From positions 32,001 to 96,000 of the forward strand of contig JAQBYT010000004.1 in assembly GCA_027622665.1 (NCBI GenBank): a stretch of DNA of 64,000 nucleotides, read 5' to 3'. Positions 20,619 through 30,651 of the stretch are shown here, piece after piece. Each line of letters begins with the position of its first letter. Position 1 is the first letter of the stretch. The position numbers and the translations under genes were made by a program. This DNA comes from Verrucomicrobiota bacterium (lineage in GTDB: Bacteria > Verrucomicrobiota > Verrucomicrobiia > Opitutales > Seribacteraceae). The notes beneath the pieces were generated by a model. That model saw nothing but the letters and a program-made list of their open reading frames with translations. It was not told the DNA's origin and did not search any database.

Positions 20619-22031
20619 TCAGGTAGGGGACGATTTGGTTTCCTGCTCGGGTATCCACTTGTGATGCTTTTCCATGATTTTTTGTGCCATGGATCGTTCG
20701 CTAGATTGTTCCATTCGTTCGGGTCGGTCTCGTGGTCCTACAGTTCCTCGCTTCCGTCGGCGTACTGTATATATCGCCAGCGATCGCTTCTGACTGCATG
20801 GTTGCCTCTTTGATAAGTCATTAGAGCGGGGCGTTCCCGCTTCGCCTTAGGATTTCGCAGCAAGGACACCACTGACTCCGTCGGCTTCCTTGTCCGCAGG
20901 CAGACCAGACAGTTCGAGCAAGGTGGGGTATAGGACAGTCAAGTCCACAGGTTGCTCGCAAACGGTGTTTGGCGTAGTTGTTCCGGGAGCCACAACGATT
21001 AAGGGTATGTGGTTGCTTTTTTCCCACAGAGCGAACTTCTCGATATGGTTCTTTTCCCCCAGATGAAAGCCATGGTCAGACCATAAGACGACGACGGTAT
21101 CTTTTCCGCGGGGACAATTGTCGAGGGCATCGAGCACTCGGCCTATTTGAGCATCGGCGAACGAGGCGCAGGCTGCATAAGAGCGAATGAATGCCTTGTA
21201 GGATTCCGGAGCCTTGCTTTCGACCTGCATCATACCTTGCCAAAACCATTTCTTACTTCGCATCAGGCTGACAGCTCCTTTCGGCAGGTCGTTCCAGTCA
21301 TCTTTCTTGTGCAAGGGAAGTGGGATATCCTTGTATGGTTCATGGTGGTCGGCAGGTGCGAAGAACGGGGAGTGCGGCTTGAATATTCCGCAGGCCAAGA
21401 ACTGCGGTTTGTAGTTCTTTCTCTCCTGCAGGGCCTTTATGCAATAGTTGGCGGTTTGATAATCGATCGAGTCATCCACCCGCTTTGGCCATGCTCCCCA
21501 ATCCGTGTTGCGCGATCCGTAGCGCGGAGCCTGATTAAGTTTCTTTGGCGGATACATTTGAGTCCGCATGTACTGGAAATCATGGAACGATGCCTTGTCG
21601 TGGAAAGCGCCGTTCATGTGGTGGTGAAAGATTTTGCCCGCTCCGCGTGTCTCGTAGCCTGCGTTCATGAAGCGTTGCATGATGGTCTTGCGTTTGCCTA
21701 CGGCTTTTCGCCAGTCGCTCTTGTTGCCGTAGACTCCCGTGGTCGATGGTCGCAGTCCGGTCAGGGTGGCGGCTCGCGAGGGGTTGCATGCAGCCGATAC
21801 GCAGTAGGCCCGGGTGAATAGCATGCCACGGTGTGCCAAACGCTCGAGATTTGGGGTTTTGATCGGAGCTTTTGGATCGAGTAGTGAAATCCAGTCGTTC
21901 ATGTCGTCCACCACGATGAACAGTACGTCTGGTTTAGCAGTGGGCTTTGCTAAAAGTTTTGTATCAACGAATAAGAATTTTGCCGCCGCGATTAGAAGCA
22001 ATAAGCAAGGAAAGTGTGCACCCTCGATCAT
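20619..22031 (-). pseudogene. Sulfatase (iduronate/choline sulfatase-like) with a disrupted C-terminus
   Basis: CNPSRA motif; frameshift near 20870; the C-terminus continues in another frame ([31 protein letters not shown]) with TAG at 20738-20740. Confidence 0.8.
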
Positions 22032-22056
22032 GAGCCAAGGTATTTTGTCTTTTTTT

Positions 22057-22566
22057 TCAATCGATTGCTTGGGGAGGCGAAATAGAAAAGAACCTAATCG
22101 CCATCGGGTATTTCCACATTTTTCCTTCATTCGCCTTAATTCCACCAACGATTGTGAAGATTATGCTGGCAATTCCTAAGGCAATCAGCATGAGAATCCC
22201 GATTCCCAGAAGGACGAGAACTGCGGAGCAGATGAAATAGATCGTACTGGATATCAACCAATTGAACACGCTCCTTCCGTGGGCGTCGACTTTGGCGAAA
22301 TTCTCTTTTTCTGTGGCCCACATCACGATTGGAAGAATTACGCCTGAAAAAGGAACTATGAAATTGGCGAATTGGCTTAGATGTATAAGCATGCAGAATA
22401 CGTTTTCCTCTAATCCCCAATATGGCGTCGGGCCATTCCGGACAGGTTTGACTTCGCTCCCATCCGCCAAAATATTGTTTTTCTCCAGCTGGAATTCTTC
22501 TTCGGTGACAATACCTTGATCTCGAAGTTTGTTTAGCTTTTCCAGTTTGTCGTACTTGTCGGACAT
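22057..22566 (-). CDS. SHOCT + DUF4870 membrane protein
   Basis: LEKLNKLRDQGIVTEEEFQLEK; VDAHGRSVFNW...GGIKANEGKMWKYP. Confidence 0.85.
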   Translation of the reverse strand: MSDKYDKLEKLNKLRDQGIVTEEEFQLEKNNILADGSEVKPVRNGPTPYWGLEENVFCMLIHLSQFANFIVPFSGVILPIVMWATEKENFAKVDAHGRSVFNWLISSTIYFICSAVLVLLGIGILMLIALGIASIIFTIVGGIKANEGKMWKYPMAIRFFSISPPQAID

Positions 22567-22663
22567 ATTTTATGAAGAGTTGCTGTATCGTCTTGCCAAG
22601 GTCAAGGCTACATCGCGAATGGGACTTATGGAGTTACTTTGCCTGATGGAAGGCTTGCCGAGT

Positions 22664-24010
22664 TCAACGAACCGGCTGCACTTCCTCTTCCCACACGGCC
22701 AACAATTTCCTCAAGCGAGCAACTTGTTCGGATTTCTTTTGGCTGAGGTCGTTTGACTCTCCAATGTCGTTGGATAGATCATAAAGCCACTCCTCCGTGG
22801 TGCCTTCCGTTTTTCGAACGTATTTGTAGCTACCGTCCCTAACGGCCCACCATGTACGCTCCCCGCGCTTGCCTCGCCAATAGAGAGTGCGTTTGAAGTT
22901 CGGTTTTTGTTTTGCCACATGGTCAACGACGTCGAATCCATCGAGCAGATTGGCAGGCGTCTTGGCACCTGCCAAGTTAAGGATGGAGCGAGTTAGATCG
23001 AAAGTCGCGCAAACCTGATCACTGGTCTTGCCCGACGCAATGTGTTCCGGCCATCGGATTATCAAGGGTACTCGAATGCCGCCTTCCAAAGTACTGCTCT
23101 TTGCTCCTCGCAGAGGTCCCATGTGGGCTGCCTTGGCAAATCCGCCATTGTCTGACACGAAAATGACCAAGGTGTTCTTAACTAGATTGCTTTCCTCAAG
23201 TGCCTTGAGGAGTCGACCTACTTCGCTATCAAGATCCTCGAGCATGGCGACGTATGCCTTGGCATTCACTTCTGTCCAGTTCGTTTCGTCGACGGCTTTC
23301 CTCTCGTCTCCGGGGCCTTGAAACGGGAAATGCGGGCTCTCGTGGGAGACAAAGAGGAAGAAAGGCTTTTCCTTGTTGCGCTTAATGAAATCTATCGAGG
23401 AATCCGTGATCAGGTGAGTCATGTAGCCTTTGCGATAAACGGGTAGACGATCCTTGAACAACACATGTAGGTCGCTCAACTCGCGATGGTTGAAGTAGTG
23501 GACGTTGCCGCCCATGTAACCGAAGAACTCATCCCATCCATGCTCGAGCGGATTGAACTGGGGTTCGTAACCGAGATGCCATTTGCCGAATACGCCGCAA
23601 GCATATCCTGCCGTTTTGAGGGCCGAAGGAAGTACGGACTGCTTGGCAGGCAAGCCGAGCTGCCGTTTTTCTGCCAATTCGATTGCCTCATCGTAACGCC
23701 CCACGTTACCCGTTCCAATGGAGCATTCCAAGCCGCCCGCCCGTTGCTGATATCGGCCTGTAAGCAATGCAGTGCGCGTGGGACTGCACTCCGGACCATT
23801 GGCGTAATGTTGTGTGAATCGCACGCCCTCCTTTGCCAAACGGTCGATCCGGGGAGTCTTGGCTACGGGGTGACCAGAACAACCGAGATCTCCGTAACCG
23901 AGGTCGTCTGCAAAAATAAACACTATGTTGGCAGGTTTGTCTGCAAATCCGTGGCATGCCAAAACGGTGGCGAGGAATAGGAAAGAAAGAATGTTATGAA
24001 AGTGATTCAT
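22664..24010 (-). CDS. Arylsulfatase-family sulfatase
   Basis: FADDLGYGD, CSPTRTALLTGR, GKWHLG, EGGIRVP. Confidence 0.93.
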   Translation of the reverse strand: MNHFHNILSFLFLATVLACHGFADKPANIVFIFADDLGYGDLGCSGHPVAKTPRIDRLAKEGVRFTQHYANGPECSPTRTALLTGRYQQRAGGLECSIGTGNVGRYDEAIELAEKRQLGLPAKQSVLPSALKTAGYACGVFGKWHLGYEPQFNPLEHGWDEFFGYMGGNVHYFNHRELSDLHVLFKDRLPVYRKGYMTHLITDSSIDFIKRNKEKPFFLFVSHESPHFPFQGPGDERKAVDETNWTEVNAKAYVAMLEDLDSEVGRLLKALEESNLVKNTLVIFVSDNGGFAKAAHMGPLRGAKSSTLEGGIRVPLIIRWPEHIASGKTSDQVCATFDLTRSILNLAGAKTPANLLDGFDVVDHVAKQKPNFKRTLYWRGKRGERTWWAVRDGSYKYVRKTEGTTEEWLYDLSNDIGESNDLSQKKSEQVARLRKLLAVWEEEVQPVR

Positions 24011-24191
24011 TTGATTTGGGGATGTTCACGGAGTCGAATATTTTGAGATGCTTAACAGAAAAGCCAGTGGAAAAGGATAATATCGCTAGCATGAATTAGG
24101 ATTTGCCTACTGGGCAACTTTTAGTTGGTTCTAAAAGCCCTAATCTCTTACCTGCCCCCCCATGCATTAATTATTTGCATCCCAAATCCTC

Positions 24192-24962
24192 ATGAAGACT
24201 ATTATTAAAACTTTTTTCTACGTTGTTTCTGCCTGTGCATTGTCTATGCCTTTTTCACTGTCGGCCAAAAAGACCTTCGAGGGCAAAATGGAAGCTGTCT
24301 CCAATCAGCTCAAGGCGGCGGTGAAGTCAGGCAAGTTGTCCGAGGAGGATGCTTGGGCCAAGTGGAAGGCGATTCAAGGAGATTATCAAGAATCCAAGAA
24401 GGGATGGGACATGGAAGCCATCGCTAAGAAACTTAAGGCTGCTGTGGCGGCAGGCAAGATTTCCGAGAGTGAAGCTCGTCAAAAATGGGAAGCGATAAAA
24501 GACGAATCCTACCATCTCAAAGATTCAGGCCATGATGACGGAGAAATTAATGAGGAGGAGGAACTTTGGGAAGAAGTCGGGCGTGGTTTGAAGGCGGCCA
24601 TCGAGTTGGGCAAGATCGAGGAGGAGGAAGCAAAAGAGATTTGGGAGGACCTGAAGACTGACGATTTCGAAGATGAGCATGAAGGCGATGAGGGTTTTCA
24701 TAGAGACGAAGAGATAAGGGAACTGCACTTCGATCTCGAAAGAAATAACCTTGAATTTGAACTCGAAAGAATGGAGAACGAGCAGGATCGTGAACGCAAG
24801 CAATGGGAACAGGACCTGCAGCGAATGGAACATGATTTCGAACGAGAGCGTATGGAATGGGAGTTGGAAAGAATGGCATGGGAGCGTGAACGTGATCACC
24901 TGCATCGCCAGTGGGATAACGAAAGACGCCATCACGATCATCCTCATCAGGATCGGAACTGA
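24192..24962 (+). CDS. Secreted acidic repeat/coiled-coil protein
   Basis: Signal peptide; three LKAAVxxGKxSEEEAxxxW repeats; Glu/Arg-rich tail. Confidence 0.75.
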   Translation: MKTIIKTFFYVVSACALSMPFSLSAKKTFEGKMEAVSNQLKAAVKSGKLSEEDAWAKWKAIQGDYQESKKGWDMEAIAKKLKAAVAAGKISESEARQKWEAIKDESYHLKDSGHDDGEINEEEELWEEVGRGLKAAIELGKIEEEEAKEIWEDLKTDDFEDEHEGDEGFHRDEEIRELHFDLERNNLEFELERMENEQDRERKQWEQDLQRMEHDFERERMEWELERMAWERERDHLHRQWDNERRHHDHPHQDRN

Positions 24963-25066
24963 ATCCAGCGGTTGGGCATTCCAATTCCCGTAATTTCACT
25001 ACATCCGTTTTATAGTATAAATGATGTGATCAAAGTCTGAACACAGATATACCTTTTCTGAAATAT

Positions 25067-25104
25067 GCTCCGTTGACGGTTTTTCCGCTGGCGGAGCTTT
25101 TTTT
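25067..25104 (+). terminator. Intrinsic terminator
   Basis: GCTCCG...CGGAGC stem followed by T7. Confidence 0.65.
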
Positions 25105-25117
25105 ATAAAGATTTTTG

Positions 25118-25189
25118 GTAACCCATCTCCAGTTCGGACTGTATACTGTAAGATGACTTTTATTGTTCATGGAGCTTTCCGAGGAATTT
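25118..25189 (+). promoter_or_regulatory. ECF-type promoter motif copy A plus duplicated 5' end of the ECF sigma gene
   Basis: GTAACCCATCT-N10-CTGTATA...ATGACTTTTATTG...ATGGAGCTTTCCGAGGAATTT, matching 30602-30672. Confidence 0.75.
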
Positions 25190-25226
25190 TCTTTGCGCGC
25201 ACACGGACGCTACGAATGCATAGGGC

Positions 25227-28200
25227 ATGAACGTCCATTCCTATTCAGTTGCCCGCCAGTCCATCGGCTACTTGGAACACGCAGGGGCAAACTTGGCCAA
25301 AAGTCTGGGGAGGCTATCGTCGGGAACCAAGATCAATACCAGTGAGGACGATGCGGGCGGCCTTGCCGTTTCCGCCAAGATCAACTCGGCGATTACCAGA
25401 TCCTTGGCTCTTAAAGAAAACGTCCAGAACGGGCTCTCGTTTCTGGAAACACAAGACGCAGCCCAGAATCAACTAGGCGAAATCATAACCCGGATGGCGG
25501 AACTTCGCCAACGCTTCGACGACACAACCCGGAATTCCCAAGACGGCACCGTCTACAATCGGGAGTTCAAGGAACTGAAGGAAGAGGTCGAATCCTTAGC
25601 CAAAAAGAAATTCAACGGCATAAGCCTGTTTTCCAATGAGAGCGACGACAAGAGCAAGCTGATCGTAAACACCTCGGAAGATGGAAAAAACAGTTCCAGC
25701 GCAATCACCCGAAACCTATTCTTCAAGTCGATTCTGGAAACCAAGTCCCCCGGAGGACCTGTCGGGGCCACCAGAACCACGCAAGGCGCATTCGGTTCCT
25801 ACAGCGGCACCATAACGCCAACGGGCGACACCACCCCGGACCAAACCGTGAACGGCGCGGACGGAAGCACCCCGGCGCAACTGTTGAAGGGACTTCAAGG
25901 CACCACGACTACCCAAACGGTAAACGGGACAATCGGAGGAACCACGCCCAACCAAACCGTAAACGCCTTGCAAGGCTCAACTCCCGTCAAAAACGACCTG
26001 AAGGCGACTCAGGGAACGGTAAGCGGGCTTACGATCTCGGCGAAGCTAAACGGAACTCCCCCCGCCCCCTTGACCTTGAACGCAACGATCGGCAATGCGC
26101 CACAAGCATTATGGCAAGGGAGTTTCAATAACGTAAGCTCGGGATTTCATCGCCTTTCCCCAGTTTTCGACACTAACGGAGACATCATCGTGGGAACAAT
26201 GCAAGATGATGAGCTTTACAGGTTGGACCCGAACGACGGCCGAATACTGACCACCTACGACATGGGCAGCGGCGGAAACTTGTCATGGGAAAGCGCCGTG
26301 ACCGACGATACCGTTTACGCCGCCAACGGAGACGGCGACACTCTTTTTGCCTTCGACAAGGTTACTGGGGCGCAAAAATGGACCAAGACTCTATCCGGAA
26401 GGATTCAAGATCCACCCTTTGTCGCCTCCAACGGAAATATCTACATTGCTTGCGACTCGAGCGGTTTTACTCCGGGCGAAATCCATGCCTATCAACCGGA
26501 CGGGACGTCCTTGCCAGGCTGGCCCAAGCAGGAACACGGAACTTTTCGAGGAGGTTTTGCAGAGGCTGCGGACGGTACCTTGTACCTAACAAGCGGGCGC
26601 AACTTCGGCATACCTGCTCCTAAAACCCTTATGGCAATTGATCCGACAAGCGGCGCAATCAAATGGTCTAAAACTAATACCGAGATTAATAGAGTGTTGC
26701 GCGCCGCAGCGGTTGCCCCCGATCAATCGGTTGTTATAAATAGTCGAGACGGTGGTATTACCAGAGCTTTCAATCCCGATGGAACGGACAAGTGGACTTA
26801 CTCGAGTGGAGGCGATATTTTTGGGGGTCCAACCATCGATGCTGCGACGGGGAACGTTTTCGTCGCTTACGATAACGGTGTCGTGGCTCTTCAGTCAAAT
26901 GGAACAAACACTCCAAACGTATTGTGGAACTACTCCGCCGGATTCAACGCTCAGACGGTAACGCCCGCCTTCGATCCGGCAAGGAACTTGGTTTACGTTG
27001 CAAACACCGCCACGGGAGAAATCATTGCCCTTGACGCAACGGGAGGAGGGTCACCTGCGGGATCGGTAGCATGGACATACAATACGGGTTCCGCCGTCGT
27101 CGCGTCCCCCGCCCTAGACGCCAATGGAAACGTATACATCGGAAACACAAACGGAGATTTCTTCGCCATTTCCGTTTATGACTACATCAACAACCCGGCA
27201 GTCACTGACGGCATTGGGTCCAGCTACGATCCCGCCGAGCCTGCCCCGGCAGTCATCATTGACGGTGCGGACAAGGGAAGCTTGGCTGCAACGGCAACCG
27301 TAAACCCGGACGGCACGCTGAAACTAAATTTTACGGGAAAGGCATCGGGTGTGGGCAACTTGACGGCTACGATAAAAAACATAGCGGGCACTCCACCGCC
27401 GGCAGACCCGGCGGGAAGCAATTACCTGACGGCCGAAACGGCTCCTTCGGCCAGGGTATTGGCGGACGGGATCGCATCCAAACCGGCTACCCTGCAGGCA
27501 AACCTGATCTCCTTGATCGACGGCAATACCGCGGCACCCGCCGGCGGGGGAACCATAACGGATTCCTCGGGCAACGCGAACAATGGCACCGTGGCCGCAG
27601 GACAAGAACCCGGACAGGAAGTCAAGGAGCGAAGAACGGGAGCCGGAGCCTACGTATTCGACGGCAACAACGACAAGATTCTACTCGGAGACTTGAACGC
27701 CGCAATTGGAGGGCAAGACAAATTGACGATATCGGCTTAGATTTACCGGGAAGATACGGCGGACGACAGGATCGTCTGCAAGTCTTCCGGAACCAACGCG
27801 GGAGACCATGTGTTCAGCCTTGGAGTGGTGGACGCGGGATCAAGCCAAAGCAAGGTAAGGATGCACATAAGCACCGACACCATGGTTGCAGTGAGCATGG
27901 ACGGCTCGCTCACTTTTCCTCTAAATGAGTGGACTCACCTCGCCATGACTTACGACGGGACCAACCTGCGCTCATACGTCAACGGAGAACAAGACTCGAA
28001 CGTCTTTTCCGTGAACGGGAACATCAAGACCTCCACGGATCCCGTAACAATAGGAAACGTAAACAACGCCCAGAACAGGCACTTCGAAGGTATGCTCGAC
28101 GATGTGGGCATCTGGAACCGCGCCCTTTCCGCATCCGAGCTCGAGGATTTGGCAGGTCCGGGAAACCTCACCGCGACCACTGCAATCAATGCCGACGGCA

Positions 28201-30026
28201 GCTTGAAGGTCACTCCCGCCGGTACCCCCGCCACCGATGGCTCCTTCACGGTGGACGTTGATCCGGGGGTTCTCAACCTGCAGGGAATCTCCGAAACAGG
28301 CTCGGGATACGATGGGGCCACTCCCGAGTCAGCCCCCAACGTAACCATCACTGGAGCGGACAAGGGAACCGCTGCAGGAACCGCCACCGTGCGTGCGGAC
28401 GGCAAGCTGGACATAGCGTTCACAGGCACCCCGACGGGCACGGGCAACCTGACCCTGACCGTGGACCCCGGCGTCATCCGAAATCCCGCCGACCTCGTCG
28501 GCATCGCCAACCCGACCAACCTCTACGACCCCGCTGAGCCCGCACCGACCGTCACCATCACAGGAGCGGACAAGGGAACCCTTGCGGGAACCGCAACCAT
28601 TCGGCCTGACGGAAACGTAAATGTGGCGCTGGCAGGGATCCCCGCGGGGACGGGCAACTTGACTGTAGCAGTAGCCGACGGGCGAGACAAGGCGCCCGCG
28701 AACCTAGCGGGCATAGGATCAGGCTACGATCCGGGAGAGGCAGTTCCTGCAGTCACCATAACCGGAGCGGACGCGGGAACTCTTGCGGGAATTTCAACCA
28801 TCAACGCGAACGGCACCATCGACGTCGCCTTCTCCGGAAATCCCTCCGACATAGGGAACCTCACCGTGGCTGTGGCAGACGGCGTAGTTCGCAAGCCCGC
28901 CGACCTAACGTCCATAGGATCAGGATACGACCCCGCCGAGCCGGCGCCGGCAGTGACCTTTGCAGGAGCAAGCGCGGGAACGCTCTCGGGAACCTCCTCT
29001 ATCAATGGTGACGGCACCCTGAACGTGACCCTTGCCGGCGCTCCCACAGACACGAACGACGTCACGATGAACGTTGCAAACGGTCTACCGGGAGTAGCCG
29101 ACCTGACGGGCATTGGTTCAGGCTACACGACAGGTGATCCTGCTCCGGGCGTAACGGTTTCGGGAGCTAATGCGGGAACCTTGGCGGGAACTGCCTCGAT
29201 CAATGCCAACGGCACATTGGACGTGAACTTTACGGGAAATCCAAGCGACACCAACAACGTCACGGTACAAATCGCCGACGGGCTCGCACGAGTTGCAAAC
29301 CTCTCGGGCGTGGGGTCAGGATACGATCCGGGTGAGGCAGCCCCGGGCATCAGCATCACCGGAGCCAACAAGAACACCCTGAACGGCGCCGCGACAATCA
29401 ATGCAAACGGTACTTTAGATGTAAGCTTCGGCGGCAACCCGGCGGACTTCAACAGTCTGGGAATTCAAGCTGCAGACGGAGTCACTCAAGCCCCGAACGC
29501 ACTGACGGGACTGGGCGGGAATCACGATCCGGGTTCACCTCCTGCCGTTACCATTACGGGAGCGGACAAGGGTACGCTTGCCAGTGTAGCTAGCGTGAAT
29601 GCAGACGGCACTGTCAACGTCTCATTCACGGGGAGTCCATCAGGCCCAGGCCCATTGACTGTGCAAATCCCAGGTGGAGTTGCCTCGAATCCCATATCAA
29701 ACCAATACCTACTGGAAATAGATGGAGACTTGTGGGATTATACAGTGGCTGAGTTTGTTGCATTCACCTCGATAATCGCGGATGCCAGAGCCCAAAACGG
29801 CGCCGAGCAAAACTCCCTCAACACCAATTGGAATAGCCTTTCCACAAGAATCAACCAACTGGAACAAGCCAATGGGAGGATAACCGACACAGACTTTGCA
29901 GAAGAAATGACCAAACTGGGAAAATCTCAAATCCTCAGCCAGTCTGCATCCTCTATGCTTGCAAAATACAATCGAACCCAAACCGAGGCCCTCCTGAAGT
30001 TGCAAAACTTAGCAGGCAACCTCTAG
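25227..30026 (+). CDS. Giant flagellin (flagellin N- and C-terminal domains; PQQ-like propeller, LamG and repeat stalk inserted); single in-frame TAG at 27738-27740
   Basis: N-term LGRLSSGTKINTSEDDAGGLAVS...NVQNGLSFLETQD...KFNGISLF; C-term RAQNGAEQN...GRITDTDFAEEMTKLGKSQIL; ORFs 25227-27740 and 27810-30026 share a frame. Confidence 0.88.
27190..29695 (+). repeat. About nine ~63-70-aa Gly/Thr-rich repeats inside the flagellin
   Basis: Consensus xADLxGIGSGYDPxExAPxVTITGADxGTLAGTATINADGTLDVxFTGxPSxxGNLTVxVADG. Confidence 0.9.
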
Positions 30027-30059
30027 CTGTGGTCGGGGAGAGCGATCCGGTTGAAGATC

Positions 30060-30496
30060 ATGCGATTTTCCATTGCCTTTCTCCTGCTCGTAGGTTGTCA
30101 GAGTAGAAACCTTGAAGAGACGCCAGATCTGGATGATCTGGAGGTCCTTGAGAAGATAGTCGCGTAGGCGATGGATGTTAAAAAACTGCAGTTTAAAAGA
30201 CGGGTTCTGTCGAAGAAGGCATATCTCCTTCCAAACCTGAAGAGCTCGTTGTTGAAACCAAGGTTAAACCAGATAGCGTGACATTTGAAGAATTGGAAAA
30301 ACATGAAGACCTCTATGACTTCAAGGTTTAGACACTCTCTTATACAGGTAAAGTTTTTGGATTTTATGAAAACAGACAGAAACACTTTGAAGGAGCTTTC
30401 AAGGACGGCGACATGAATGGACTGTGGATGAGGTGGCATGAAAACGGGCAGAAGATGTATGAAGGAAGGAACAATAACGGGGAAAAGTTTATGTAA
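30060..30496 (+). pseudogene. Degraded MORN-variant repeat lipoprotein
   Basis: MRFSIAFLLLVGC lipobox, TAG at 30165, frameshifts, then YTGKVFGFYENRQKHFEGAFKDGDMNGLWMRWHENGQKMYEG. Confidence 0.7.
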
Positions 30497-30520
30497 CCCA
30501 TCTACAGTTCCCGCTGTATA
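30493..30520 (+). promoter_or_regulatory. ECF-type promoter motif copy B
   Basis: GTAACCCATCT-ACAGTTCCCG-CTGTATA. Confidence 0.65.
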
Positions 30521-30564
30521 TATTCACATGACATTGATCCATTATGGACCTTCTTTGTTGTGCG

Positions 30565-30592
30565 AGGGGCGTAGGGTGGTTTCTACGCCCCT
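30565..30592. repeat. Perfect 10-bp-stem palindrome (REP-like or terminator)
   Basis: AGGGGCGTAG-ggtggttt-CTACGCCCCT. Confidence 0.7.
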
Positions 30593-30601
30593 AAATTTAT
30601 T

Positions 30602-30629
30602 GTAACCCATCTATAACTTTCGCTGTATA
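30602..30629 (+). promoter_or_regulatory. ECF-type promoter motif copy C, directly upstream of the sigma gene (candidate autoregulatory promoter)
   Basis: GTAACCCATCT-ATAACTTTCG-CTGTATA. Confidence 0.7.
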
Positions 30630-30651
30630 TTTAATATGACTTTTATTGCTT

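Noticed and set aside
25100..25226. Sigma-28 promoter upstream of the flagellin
   Set aside because: No TAAA-N15-GCCGATAA-like match found by eye.
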